64,000 nt of DNA from Candidatus Bathyarchaeota archaeon (GTDB lineage Archaea; Thermoproteota; Bathyarchaeia; Bathyarchaeales; Bathycorpusculaceae), in assembly GCA_963767735.1 (NCBI GenBank), contig CAVYES010000007.1, forward strand, positions 256,001 through 320,000, given 5' to 3'. Under the pieces are notes generated by a model that saw only the letters and a list, made by a program, of their open reading frames with translations, did no database searches and had not been told where the DNA came from. Position numbers and translations under genes: made by a program. Below, one piece after another: positions 32,383 through 43,453 of this stretch (position 1 is the stretch's first letter; each line of letters starts with the position of its first letter).

Positions 32383-32747
32383 TGCAATACACCTCCCAAA
32401 AACGCAATACCTCCTACGGTTTAGAGGCAAACAATTCTTAAAGATATGTGACTGTGAACAGACAACAACCAAACCTTAACATCTACAAATCAACTAGTTT
32501 GGTTCCCAACCGCTATCCTATGATCGACAAAATTACCAACAAGAGCTATGAGCCAAATAACGCCTAAAGTAAGACAATGATATCCCAACCGACCACGCCT
32601 GAATTGTTTTTAAAGTTGACTTCTTTGCGAAGTACAGTTCGCTAACATTTGTCAAATTTGACCTTTCGGTGAATTTCAGTTGTCAAAAAGCTATATACTC
32701 TTAAAATCCCTATCCAGAGGTACGAAAAAGCGAGAGTGTAGAAACGC

Positions 32748-34100
32748 TTGGTTCTTGAAGAAACTGAAAACCTTGTAAGCTATCAGTCGTGCATCCCCAA
32801 AAATGTGGAAGCATATACAACTGTTAGCGAGTGGAGAGACTATAAATGGCAACTAAGTCATTCCATAAAAACTATTGCTGATTTCGAAAAATTTACCACT
32901 ATTACTTTCACAAGAAAAGAACACATAGAACTTGAAAAAACAATTCGCAAATTTCCACTCAGTATAACGCCATATTATGCATCATTAATAAAGAAAGAAA
33001 ATTACCTTAATGATCCTATTTTTAAGCAGGCGTTTCCTAATCCAGCGGAACTAAAAATTTCGAAATGCGATATGAAAGATCCCTTGCATGAAGATAAAGA
33101 CAGTCCCACCAGAGGAATCACTCATCGGTACCCTGATAGAGTGCTTTTTTTGATTAGTAACCGCTGTGCAATGTACTGCAGACACTGTACACGAAAGAGA
33201 AAGGTTGGTGATCCTGAACACATTCCTCTAAAGCAGCAAATAATTGAAGGAATCCGCTACATTGAAAATAATCCTCAGATACGTGATGTGTTACTTTCGG
33301 GCGGAGATCCCCTTATGCTGCCCGACGATTACTTAGATTGGATCCTGACAGAGCTAAACAATATCCCACATGTTGAAGTGGTGCGGATTGGCTCAAGAAT
33401 ACCTGTTGTTCTTCCTTACAGAATAACTAACGAGCTAGTTCAAATGCTAAAGAAACATCACCCATTGTGGTTAAATACCCAATTTAATCACCCAATAGAA
33501 CTTACGCCATCTTCTCGAGAAGCCCTTAACAAGTTAGCAAACGCGGGAATACCCTTAGGAAACCAATCTGTACTGCTGGCAGGCGTAAACGATTGCCCGC
33601 AGATCATGAAAAAACTCAACCAAAAACTCGTACAAAACAGAGTGCGACCATACTACATGTTCCAATGCGACCTATCAGAAGGGCTCAGCCATTTCAGAAC
33701 ACCAATCGGGAAAGGCATCGAAATTATGGAAAGCCTAATAGGACATACAAGCGGGTTTGCAGTGCCAAAATACGTTATAGATGCTCCTGGAGGCGGAGGA
33801 AAAATTCCTCTTATGCCAAACTACATTGTCTCCTGGTCCGCCAATAAGGTGGTTTTAAGAAACTATGAAGGCGTCATCACTACATACAAAGAACCCGATG
33901 ATTACAAATCAACTTCCTGCGACAAAAACTGCAGCAAATGCGGTTTGCAGCTAAAACTAAATGAAGAAGAGCAGACGGCGGTAGGAGTAGAAAAATTGTT
34001 AAAAGACAACGATGAAATATCGCTCGTACCCAAGGGAAATCTTCGAATGAAAAGGAGAGAAAAAAGCAAAGAAGAATGCGTTCTGAATGCAAAAAATTAA
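32748..34100 (+). CDS. kamA: Lysine 2,3-aminomutase (KamA/AblA-type radical SAM enzyme)
   Basis: [47 protein letters not shown] (PLP Lys), C-terminal CxxxCxxC. Confidence 0.94.
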   Translation: MVLEETENLVSYQSCIPKNVEAYTTVSEWRDYKWQLSHSIKTIADFEKFTTITFTRKEHIELEKTIRKFPLSITPYYASLIKKENYLNDPIFKQAFPNPAELKISKCDMKDPLHEDKDSPTRGITHRYPDRVLFLISNRCAMYCRHCTRKRKVGDPEHIPLKQQIIEGIRYIENNPQIRDVLLSGGDPLMLPDDYLDWILTELNNIPHVEVVRIGSRIPVVLPYRITNELVQMLKKHHPLWLNTQFNHPIELTPSSREALNKLANAGIPLGNQSVLLAGVNDCPQIMKKLNQKLVQNRVRPYYMFQCDLSEGLSHFRTPIGKGIEIMESLIGHTSGFAVPKYVIDAPGGGGKIPLMPNYIVSWSANKVVLRNYEGVITTYKEPDDYKSTSCDKNCSKCGLQLKLNEEEQTAVGVEKLLKDNDEISLVPKGNLRMKRREKSKEECVLNAKN

Positions 34101-34632
34101 AAAATGCTTAAAATTTAGAATTAGAAACGTAATGTTGAAAGACATAAGAGAAGTGTACAAACTACTTGTGGCGAATAGGCCATACGTAGGGTTAAATTCT
34201 CGATACACCTATTTTCTTTTAGCTAAAGATTTCTCAAATACTTGCGTCGTTGCCGAACAGGATAATAAAGTAATTGCGTTTTCTTCAGGATATGTACCGC
34301 CCGACAGACCAGACACATTTTTCAGCTGGGAAGTAGTAGTTGACGAAAATTACCGGGGAAACGGTTTGCAAAAACAGATGTTTCTTCATCAAATCAGAAT
34401 AACAGGTGCAAAATATTTTGAAGGTACCATAAACCCTTCAAATGAAGTATCTAAAAGAAATTTCTTTGAATTAGCTCGATTACTGAATACCAAATGCGAA
34501 GAAAAGGTGTTGTTTAACGAAGAAGACTTCGAAAACGACGGCCATGAACCTGAGATTCTGTATAGAATAGGGCCAATTTACAGGACTGAGGTAAAAAATA
34601 TCGGGTTAGTATATAGTAGCCAGCAACGTTAG
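34087..34632 (+). CDS. EctA-like (diaminobutyrate acetyltransferase family) GNAT
   Basis: NSxYxYxLLxxDFxxTCVVAE, [14 protein letters not shown], RGNGL, TINPSN..S, HEPExLYRIGP; overlaps the kamA stop. Confidence 0.82.
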   Translation: MQKIKKCLKFRIRNVMLKDIREVYKLLVANRPYVGLNSRYTYFLLAKDFSNTCVVAEQDNKVIAFSSGYVPPDRPDTFFSWEVVVDENYRGNGLQKQMFLHQIRITGAKYFEGTINPSNEVSKRNFFELARLLNTKCEEKVLFNEEDFENDGHEPEILYRIGPIYRTEVKNIGLVYSSQQR

Positions 34633-34754
34633 AGCAATGCCGATCATTTTCTTCTTGTTTACGTTTGGTTGGTTATGGGGGGATTTTTAGCCATTTGAGA
34701 GGAGATCTTGAGCGGAATTATGCAACAAGCTGGCGCGCTTAGTTTTATCCCTTA

Positions 34755-35324
34755 CTAAGGCTCCGTTGCAGTTATGATTGTGTCAAAGCTGAAAGTGGTT
34801 ATTCCATTGATAGTAGGGTACACAGTTAGGGTTAGTTCCAGAGGAATCACTTGATCTACGTTAAGGACTTGACCCGAGTAGTTCCAGTTTAGTGAAATAT
34901 AGCCCTCGGAAGCGGATGGGGTCCAATTTGACGTCCCCAACCACAACGAAGCCGCCGAAGTGCCTTCATTCTTAACATAAACCGTAAAGGTATTGTTTGA
35001 ACCGGCTGCTACGAGTCCCAAATCGAGTGAAAGGGTTCTGTTTGTACAGGCTTGATCCCAGTAAATCCCAACTCCAAAGCCTTCCACGGGACTTGCGTAG
35101 ACATTAAATTTGCTTGAACCAAAACCCACTATGATACCCAAGAGAACAACGATACTCAATAAGCATACTGCGGCGAATATTGATTTTCTGTGAAAATGCT
35201 TGCTGGATTGAGTGGCCAAAGGCGCTCTTAAGTCTACAATTCCTTCATTGATTTTGTTTTGAACTTTCTTGAGGCTCATATTAAACACTCTTAATGACAT
35301 AAGTCTTATGTCATAATATGACAT
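34755..35324 (-). CDS. Membrane-anchored beta-sandwich protein
   Basis: N-terminal TM, GIYWDQAC, YVKNEG, LNWNY. Confidence 0.7.
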   Translation of the reverse strand: MSYYDIRLMSLRVFNMSLKKVQNKINEGIVDLRAPLATQSSKHFHRKSIFAAVCLLSIVVLLGIIVGFGSSKFNVYASPVEGFGVGIYWDQACTNRTLSLDLGLVAAGSNNTFTVYVKNEGTSAASLWLGTSNWTPSASEGYISLNWNYSGQVLNVDQVIPLELTLTVYPTINGITTFSFDTIITATEP

Positions 35325-35819
35325 ATTATGTTAGGTATAAACAAATGTGATTGTATTGGCACGCCTACAAGTCCACGCCCTTGAGATAAACCTTTAGCGC
35401 GCACTGCAGTTGCCTCGCTCCGAATCTCAGATCAGAAAAATAAGAGCTCAAGCTGGGCGGTTATCGCTTTGCCATTAGACATATGCAGGCTTAACTAAAC
35501 CTAACAAACTTTGTTAAGTTGACTTGCTAAACTTGCGGCAAAGTTGACAATTAACGTTAATGAGCATTTCAAAAAGCTATAAAAAAGATCAGGTTCTAGT
35601 GTTTTCAAAATTCAGGAAGAGAGAAAAAAATGAAAACACAGATCGTAGGGAAAAAACTTCATCTTATGAAACTCGGAAAACTCCAAGGCCACAGCTTTAT
35701 ACATCAGCCTACTATCCATCGTAACCATCTTTTGACATCTTGCCTTCTTAATAATTTGGCCTATGGGTTTACGGCAATATTTGCGATGCAGCTAACAACA
35801 GGAAAGGATTTTTGAGGTT

Positions 35820-36539
35820 TTGAAAATTATAGTTCAAGAGGCGGAAACACGCTTCTCAGCGCAGCTGATAATTGCTGCCCTAAACGAAGCGCCAGGAATC
35901 GAACTTACAATAGCTGAGATGAAACACACTCTGGATGACATTGCAGTTCTGGTCGTCGATGGTAAAAGCAGCGACCGAACCGTCGAGATTGCTAAAAGCT
36001 TGGGTGCAAAGGTTGTTTGCCAAGATGGTTTTGGCAAAGGCGACGCTTTAGCTAAGGCTTTTGAACATACCGACTTAAACGTGGATTACATTGTTTTTAC
36101 TGATGGGGATTATACTTATCCAGCGGAATACGTTCCCGCTATGATAAGAGTACTGGAAGAAAACCCTCTTGTTGGCATGGTTTGCGGCAACAGACTCTCC
36201 GTTAGCGTTGATAAAGCAGCTTTGAATAGTGTTTTCCGCATGGGCAACAATTTGCTTGCTTTGTTGTATAACATGCTTAGCAGAATGCCGCTTCAAGATC
36301 CATTGACTGGGCTGCGAGTGATACGGGCCGAAATTTTGAAGGGTTGGCTTCCGAAAGCCAAGGGCTTTGACATTGAAGTTGAGCTGAACCATCTGGTGGA
36401 GCGGCGCGGGTTCACCATTCAGGAAATACCAATTTTTTACAGAGCGCGGTTAGGTGAGAAAAAGCTGAAGGTAAGTCACGGCCTCGCTATCTTGAAAAGA
36501 ATACTTTGGACGCGCTTTACAGCTATCAGAAACCAATAG
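35820..36539 (+). CDS. Glycosyltransferase family 2 (DPM1-like)
   Basis: AALNEA, VVDGKSSDRT, GKG, DGDYTYP, FDIEVE. Confidence 0.9.
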   Translation: MKIIVQEAETRFSAQLIIAALNEAPGIELTIAEMKHTLDDIAVLVVDGKSSDRTVEIAKSLGAKVVCQDGFGKGDALAKAFEHTDLNVDYIVFTDGDYTYPAEYVPAMIRVLEENPLVGMVCGNRLSVSVDKAALNSVFRMGNNLLALLYNMLSRMPLQDPLTGLRVIRAEILKGWLPKAKGFDIEVELNHLVERRGFTIQEIPIFYRARLGEKKLKVSHGLAILKRILWTRFTAIRNQ

Positions 36540-36553
36540 CAGGTTCTAAGAAT

Positions 36554-37836
36554 ATGCCCGAATCGCCCATGTGCATCTTGCATTTTGCCCGTCTGTACTA
36601 CCCCGTTATCGGCGGTTGCGAACGCGATACGCGTGAGTTGTCGATAGAGCTTGTGAGAATGGGTCACAACGTAACGATTGTCACAACTGACCTTGCGGGA
36701 CTTGGTGACCTTAAAAGGAATAAATACATAGAAAAGGTATCTCCTAACGATGCGGGTGTGAAGGTTCTCCGTTCCACGTGAACAACCTTTCCGCCTTGAG
36801 AACTTTCATACGGTTTCTTCACTTGTTGCTTGAGGAAGCAAGAAGAATAGGCTTGGTAAGATCGGATTCGTTTCCTTTTCTCGATGCCCTTCAATACTCA
36901 GCCCTAGTTACAAGAGAGTACTTGGATCCGGTGCGTTTAGGCGGTTTCGAGGTTCTCAATGGTACGCAGTTTGGGCATGGAGAGCTTTTCTTTCTGGAAA
37001 AAGCCTGTAAGAAAAGTCATGTGCCTTTCGTGTTTACGCCCCGAACTCACACTCTAGACCCAAATACCCAAAAGATGATAACTTTGGGCCTGAAAATAGC
37101 GAGTGCAGCGGACGCGATAATAGTTTTCACCAAGTATGAAAAAGAGTACTATGCGGGAAAAGGTATTGACCCGAACAAAATCTTCATTACAGGGATAGGT
37201 GTGAGGCCTGAAGCCTTCGAACCACCGGCCTCTATGATGTTTCGAGCCGAACACGGCATCCCCTGCGATCACAGCGTAGTCTTACACATTGCAAGGATGG
37301 AGAAATACAAGGGAGCAGATCTTCTAATTGAAAGCATGAGAGAGGTGTGGAAGAGAAAACCCAATTCAACCCTTGTGTTAATTGGTAAATCCACGTCCTA
37401 TACTCAAGACATCGAACAAATTGCCAAGAAAGAGACGAGAATTGTTGTGTTGCCTGATGCCTCGGAGAAAATCAAGAAAGAAGCACTCTTCGCCGCGACA
37501 CTGCTCATGAACCCTTCTCAATTCGAGTCCTTTGGAGGGGTCTTTCTTGAAGCTTGGGCCGCGGGAAAACCAGTAATCGGCGCTAAGACACCTGTGAGTG
37601 AATGTGTGATTGATGAAGGAAGGGACGGTTTGCTCTTTGATAATCTAGACGTTAGCGAATTGGCGCAGAAGATACTTTTTCTCTTGGAAAATGAAAAAGT
37701 TGCGTTTGAAATGGGAGAGAACGGCAGGAGGAAGACTCTTCTGAACTATTCGTGGGAGAAGATCGCCAAATTGACACTTGAGGTATATGAGTGGGTTCAG
37801 GATCATCGGGTGTGTTCAGAGAAAGAAAGAATGTAA
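36554..37836 (+). CDS. Glycosyltransferase family 4, split by a 1-nt frameshift near 36775
   Basis: N-part YYPVIGGCER...GHNVTIVT; C-part KYKG, ESFGGVFLEAWAAGKPVI. Confidence 0.8.
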
Positions 37837-38299
37837 AACAAACTTGAAGATTAACATTATTGGTTTGGAACCGTTTTAAAGACGCTAGATTCCTTATTAG
37901 TCAGCATGCTTCTCAAATTAGTGCAATTGGCTTCTCAAAAGAATTCAAAAGCTACTATCCTGACTATACCTGTTTTGGTGAAGCAAGATGTACGCCAACA
38001 ATTCCTCAACTAGGCACACAAGAAAACTGCATAAAACGCAAATAACAATGACCAGTAAAATGCTTCAAGCAGTCATGGAAAACTTGGTCAAGAGCGGAAT
38101 GCGCTACAACAAATTGAAAAACAAAAACAAAAGGTCTCGGCAGTCCTAAGGTAGTTTTTTCACTCTGACTTTTCGGTTTAAACGAACTTTAGAAAAATTA
38201 AATTGAGTTAACTTGATTCAACTTCAATAGTATCATATTCAAAGGCATTACCATAAAGTTACGTTAATCCCAAAGCCCCAAAAGATTTGAAAAAAAGGT

Positions 38300-39196
38300 T
38301 TAATATGTCGCTTCTGACAATATGCGCTTTAAAATTTCGGTGCCGTGCCTAACGCCTAGTTTTTTCTCGCCTAATCTTTCCCGGTATTCAATGGGGACCT
38401 CCGCGATGCCAAAGCCTGCTCGCTCCACATGATGGTTAAGCTCTACCTCGACGTCAAACCCTTTAGACTTCACCTTCCAGTCTCTAAGAATTTCCGCACG
38501 CACAACACGCAACCCAGTCAAAGGATCAACCAACTGCACGCCATTAAGAAAGTTATGAGTAAGCGCGATAAGCCGATTCCCTAAGTAGAAAATGCCATTC
38601 AACCCCTTCAGGTCCATGTAACCGTTAAATCGGTTACCGCAAACCATGCCCACATCCGGATTTTCCTCAAGTACCCGAATCATCCCAGGAACATATTCAG
38701 CAGGATAAGTATAATCTGCATCTGTAATGACCACGTAATCAACCGCTAAATCCAAGTTCTCAACGGCCTTTGCCAAAGCATCACCCTTACCTAACCCATC
38801 TTGGACGACAACGTTGGCACCCATATTCTTGGCCTCCTCGACGGTTCGATCGGTGCTTTTGCCGTCAACAACCAAAATCCGAGGGTTACTCAGAGTGTTC
38901 TTTAGCTCGGATATGGTAAGACCGATGCCTTCTTCCTCGTTCAAAGCAGCTATGATGACCTGCGTCGAAGGAATGCAGCGCAAATCGCCGTTTCGCATTT
39001 GTACTGGCGCTATTTTTTCTTCTTCGACTAACACAGTTGTGATGACCTGCGTCGAAGAAATATACTGTGAAGCTCCTTTCTGCACTTGCACCAATACTCC
39101 TGTAGCGGTAACTTGTTGGTTCAAACTCCTATTTAAAAAGTTATGTAAAAAATGGAAATATGCGAATACTTTGAAACTTAATTTTTTATTCCCCAT
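38300..39196 (-). CDS. Glycosyltransferase family 2 (DPM1-like)
   Basis: AALNEEEGI, VDGKSTDRT, DADYTYP, FDVEVE; paralogue of 35820-36539. Confidence 0.9.
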   Translation of the reverse strand: MGNKKLSFKVFAYFHFLHNFLNRSLNQQVTATGVLVQVQKGASQYISSTQVITTVLVEEEKIAPVQMRNGDLRCIPSTQVIIAALNEEEGIGLTISELKNTLSNPRILVVDGKSTDRTVEEAKNMGANVVVQDGLGKGDALAKAVENLDLAVDYVVITDADYTYPAEYVPGMIRVLEENPDVGMVCGNRFNGYMDLKGLNGIFYLGNRLIALTHNFLNGVQLVDPLTGLRVVRAEILRDWKVKSKGFDVEVELNHHVERAGFGIAEVPIEYRERLGEKKLGVRHGTEILKRILSEATY

Positions 39197-39354
39197 CAGT
39201 AACTTACCTAAAATAAATAAAGACTAACATAGTCTTCACTCAGCAAAGCCAGAAACCCTTATTTAAAGCAATAAGGAAAACATGGAAATAATTTCCCTAC
39301 TTCAGCCTTAAATTTTTATCTCGCATCAAAAACCAATCTAACGTAACCAACATA

Positions 39355-39675
39355 CTAGCTCATATCCTCACAAAGCAAAGCCAGCAGCTCCCGCTCACAA
39401 CCCAAAGCCTCAAGCAACTTCTGCGCTCCAACATAACGCTCTTTAAAATGATTGTACTGCTTAAGAAACTCTCGACCTCGCTTAGTCAACTTGTACCTGC
39501 AACCTTCTACACGAACAAAACCAGCGCCCAAAACAACCCCCAAATACTTCTCCAAAAGACCAAAACTCAAATTCGCCCTAGTCTTAATACGAGTTTTACT
39601 CGAACCAGAATTTGCAGCCTCCAAAATAGCCGCAACAATCTCCACGCGATCACGATTCTTACCCAACAAAACCAC
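39355..39675 (-). CDS. Winged-helix transcriptional regulator
   Basis: RDRVEIVAAILE...KTRI...ANLS...YKLTKRG. Confidence 0.8.
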   Translation of the reverse strand: MVLLGKNRDRVEIVAAILEAANSGSSKTRIKTRANLSFGLLEKYLGVVLGAGFVRVEGCRYKLTKRGREFLKQYNHFKERYVGAQKLLEALGCERELLALLCEDMS

Positions 39676-40257
39676 CCACCAACACTCCAGAAATCAAACC
39701 AAAAAAACTAAAGCCTCCAACACCAAAACAAAACTTAAAGACAACACTAACAAGTACCTTCACAACAGAAGAGAATTTGAACCAAGGGATCTCAATAGAC
39801 TTCAAGCTTCCGCTCCTCTTACTCCTAAGAAACAGAATTGAAGCCTTCCATTCTCACGCAATCCTCTTCAACCCTTAAACAAGCACAACCAAAAAAAACC
39901 ATATAAGTCATATTTCCAAAAACGTAATATGCCAAAAACAAAAAGGATTTCAGCTAAACAAAACAGTTTATGGCGAAAACTTTGTTTGCCATAGGGAAAG
40001 TAGCGATTTAAACAGCGGCTTTCGATTTTGCAGAATATTGTAGCTCCATTCCCTATCCCTTTGAGTGACTTACTTCGCTCAGGGACCAAGCATTTTTATT
40101 TTCTCAACCTGCGAAACCTGATGGACTTAACCCTTTTCGGGTCGCAACCTTATGGGATTTGACGCTAAAAGGGGGCAGAACCATATATTAAAATAAGAAA
40201 CTTTTAAGAAAAATCTGGAAAAATAACTCACAGAAACCAATCCTAGCCGGAAGCGAG

Positions 40258-40292
40258 CCGAGCCGTGCTTGAACCCAAACGGGTTCAAGCCG
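40258..40292. repeat. Palindromic repeat, copy 1
   Basis: ccgagccgtgcttgaacccaaacgggttcaagccg; hairpin gcttgaaccc/gggttcaagc. Confidence 0.85.
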
Positions 40293-40335
40293 TAAGTTTA
40301 AAAGCATAGTTGATGTCATGCCTAATCGGTTAACG

Positions 40336-42140
40336 TCACGAGAGCAGTCCATCAAACTCAGACTCGCGACCTAATTGTTCCTTAATAACTTGAAGTTGAG
40401 TTAGCATCATTTTCAGCTCGTTCAGTTTGTTCTTCACTTCAAGCTCGCTTATAGTTCGCAAATGCTCGGCTTCATAAACCGCTTGCTTCACGGTTTCAGT
40501 TGAAGATTCCAATGCTCGGTTAATATCCATTTTCAGCTTCAGAACAGCTTGGTCTATTCGAGTAATAAAATAGTCATACCTTATTCGCCCCCCATTCTTG
40601 TCGAATTCAGTTCTTGCTTTTTCCCGTATCTGCTTTTTCAGAATTCCCCCAAACAACGATTTTGGAAGAAGTTGCGCCATCTCTCCTCCACTAATTGTCA
40701 TACTAGCTGTAAAAATAGGGTCTAGATGATAGTAGAACCTAGTTTCAAAACTTAAGGAAGCATTAAAAACAGCGTCAGTTACTTGAAATCCAAAGAGTTT
40801 AGCTGCCTTCTGCCTGACATCCCCAATTAAGGTATTCATTTTTACGTTAGACTCATTCACTAACTGCTGAAATCGCTTCTCAGCTTTAAAATCTTCATCT
40901 TCAATGAATTCTGAGTAAACTTCGATCAACCTTTTCCTAAGGTAATCTTCCGCATAGCTGACAATTTTTCTAGAACTTATTTTTTCTGATTTGATCTTTT
41001 CTTCGGCAAAATCTTCGATTTGTTTTATCAGCAAATCTTCATGTTCTTTTTTAAAGATAGTTAAGTCACCGTCTAGCATGCTCACTATCTCTCTTACTCT
41101 TCCGTCCAATACATAGAAGAGTTCGCGTTTCTTGTTCTCAATCGAATCAAGATAGCGTTCGAATTCTAACAGAAGACTTGCAAGATTTTCTAAAGGCATT
41201 GTTAAGCTGTTGATTTCAAGTTGGACGTATGTGGTTAAATCTGATGCAGATTTTCCCAACTTATTTATTGCTGAGTTTAGTATCAGGCTTTCTTTCACAT
41301 TTATGAGCGATTCTTTGAGGGCTGTCTCGAAGTTCTTTATCCCGCTGCGCTCTACCAGATTTGGGTCATTGCCAAGTCGACCTTCTAGGGCTAATTTAGC
41401 CGATATTGGATAGATCCTCACTGCAGAGCCATGATTATGGCTGAGATGTTCGCTTATGATTTTTTGGCAATACTTTTCTGACTCATTTAGCGAGGCAGAA
41501 TCTACATAATCGATCTTGTTTAGAACAAATAGAATTTTGTTTGATTTCGATGCCAAATCAGTGAGAAGCTCGATTTCCTGCTGACCTACAGGCGGGTCAA
41601 CAGCAAAAACAAATACTGCAAAGTCAGCCCTGTCGAGGAACTGAAAGGTTATTTGTGTTCCACTAAGGTATGTTGAACCTACTCCTGGTGTATCAATCAG
41701 TATTAATCCATCCTTCAGAATCTGCGAAGGCACAAGAACGTCAGCACTGTCACATTCTATGTGTTGTCAGGGTTTCCTGCTTCAGAGACATATTTAGGTA
41801 GCTCTTGAATTGGCACTTCTTTTTCCGAACCATCGCCAAAACTAATCCTCGCAGTCGGGTCGTTGCCATACCTTATTCTTGTTATCACGGAAGTTACTGG
41901 AATAACGCCTGTCGGAACGATTGTTCTTCCTAGCATGGCGTTTATGAGAGTTGACTTTCCTCTTTTGAAAAGCCCGAGCAAAGCGAGATAAAACTCTTCT
42001 TTCGGCAGCTTATCCAGCACTTCATTCAGAAAATCTGCGATAGCCGTGTTGTTGGTTCTCTGAGCAATTTGTAATAATGTTTGTCCCGCGTTCTCAATTT
42101 CGGATTTAAGATAAGAATACTCTGACGATGAATTCACCAT
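40336..42140 (-). CDS. Bacterial-type dynamin-like GTPase (Dynamin_N), interrupted by one frameshift at about 41757
   Basis: G1 GLFKRGKST, G2 IPVT, G3 DTPG, G4 NKID, ISAK, and a long helical stalk. ATG at 42140 follows GGTGA. Adding one base joins the two ORFs. Confidence 0.85.
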
Positions 42141-42144
42141 TTTC

Positions 42145-42999
42145 TCACCCAATATAAAAAGGCTCAAAAGTGCTGAGTTTTTGAAGTGTTGTGATGGCGT
42201 AGTAGGTGTATTCAAAACTGGATATACCGAGGTCTGAGCGGGCAAAACCTCCGTTTTTGTTTTGGCACTTTAATATCCAATCTATCGTTTGTGTTTGATA
42301 CCTACCTTTTTCGCCAAGCAAATCAAGCGTCATTACGCCATAATAGACGTGTTCCATGTACGGCCCGAAATTTATCGGTGTAACTGTGAAGCCGCCGTAG
42401 GGTTTTTCGCATCCCCTCACGAACCTTACAGTGTCATGCAAATCCTGGAGGCTCTCCTTAAGAAGGCTCATAGAAGCAGTGGCGTAATAGGTTGAGTTAA
42501 TGTTTGATTCTCCCTGTGTTCCAAAACCTCCGTCATCATTTTTGAAATGAAGCAGCCACTCCGCCACTTCTTTCGTGTTAACTTTAATTTTCAGCAAATC
42601 AGCAAGCTCGAGTGCCATGAAGGTTGTCAAAAACTCTGAAGGGACTTCGGCGAAAACTTCTGTAGAGCTAAAGTACCTTTTTGAGTTTAGAATTGAAAGA
42701 GCGTGTTTTTTCTGTTTTGCGTCAACGTTTTTGCCAATTAACAGTGAAGTTTTGCTTAGGTAATAAATTGAGTATATGTTGTCTAAATGAATGACGTTTA
42801 TGAATTTTACAGTTTTTTCAATGTTAGGGAAATTTGTATTTAGTGCACTTAGAATATTTAATCCATAATATGTGTCTTGACCGTTTGACTCTGCGCCCTG
42901 GCAAAAAGTGTAACCACCGTCTTCGTTTTGACGATCAATTACGTAATTTGCTATCTTTTTGGTCCATGATGGGTCGGCTAGCTGCTTTACTTCAACCAA
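42145..42999 (-). CDS. Prenyltransferase/squalene-oxidase repeat protein (COG1689-like)
   Basis: Repeats RQNEDGGY, NDDGGFG, EKPYGGF, CQNKNGGFAR, each followed by TYYA/TYYG. Confidence 0.85.
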   Translation of the reverse strand: MVEVKQLADPSWTKKIANYVIDRQNEDGGYTFCQGAESNGQDTYYGLNILSALNTNFPNIEKTVKFINVIHLDNIYSIYYLSKTSLLIGKNVDAKQKKHALSILNSKRYFSSTEVFAEVPSEFLTTFMALELADLLKIKVNTKEVAEWLLHFKNDDGGFGTQGESNINSTYYATASMSLLKESLQDLHDTVRFVRGCEKPYGGFTVTPINFGPYMEHVYYGVMTLDLLGEKGRYQTQTIDWILKCQNKNGGFARSDLGISSFEYTYYAITTLQKLSTFEPFYIG

Positions 43000-43023
43000 T
43001 GGATTATCACTCTGATTTTAGTT

Positions 43024-43085
43024 GGTAGAAGCTATCAGTCTCTGCCTGTAAAGCAAAGGCGGTTGAAGGCGAGCCTCATCGCCAT
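43024..43085 (-). ncRNA. Fluoride riboswitch (crcB motif)
   Basis: Minus strand GGCGATGAGGCTCGCCTTCAACCGCC...GACTGATAGCTTCTAC: P1 GGCGA/TCGCC, loop GAGGC able to pseudoknot with GCTTC, conserved AAC and CTGAT...CTAC. It lies 25 nt upstream of the TTG start. Confidence 0.88.
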
Positions 43086-43109
43086 GTATTCTTGGAAAAG
43101 GTCTAACCC

Positions 43110-43124
43110 AATAAATAAGCTTTC
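43110..43124 (-). promoter_or_regulatory. Archaeal BRE/TATA promoter of the riboswitch operon
   Basis: GAAAGC-TTATTTAT about 25 nt upstream of the riboswitch 5' end. Confidence 0.55.
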
Positions 43125-43453
43125 TTCTTTAACAAAGGTGAAGGCGTAACAAACATCGCGCCTGTACAAAGTTTCCACAGTTAATGTAAAACAGGTTTGG
43201 CAGTTTCTTGGCAAGAGGAACTGCGCGTTGTTGGACTACAGTCGTCTTTCCCGAATGATTTCCTCGAACTACAGCGACAAACCGCGTCAAGTAAATTCTT
43301 TCTACGAAAAAAAGTAAGCGAATTTATTTATAAACACCCGCAGGACTCCCTTATAAGAAATATAAGCGAGGCTCTGTCAGACGGGTTAGTGACAGTAAGG
43401 CAAAGAAAGGTGTGTTTGGAAGTAGTCGATTTCAAAAAAGGGAAAATTAAAAC

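Noticed and set aside
34087-34632. Ectoine biosynthesis operon
   Set aside because: No ectB, ectC or ask in the window; the gene is coupled to kamA.
37860-38150. Short ORF fragments between the glycosyltransferases
   Set aside because: No recognisable family; cannot be supported as a gene or a pseudogene.
40171-40182. ggggcagaacc shared with about 49888, and a gggatttgac.ctaaa word shared between about 6275 and about 40154
   Set aside because: Too short to separate from chance without genome-wide statistics.
41757-41759. TAG in the dynamin gene as pyrrolysine or read-through
   Set aside because: The downstream part is in a different frame (23-nt offset), so this is a frameshift, not an in-frame amber codon.
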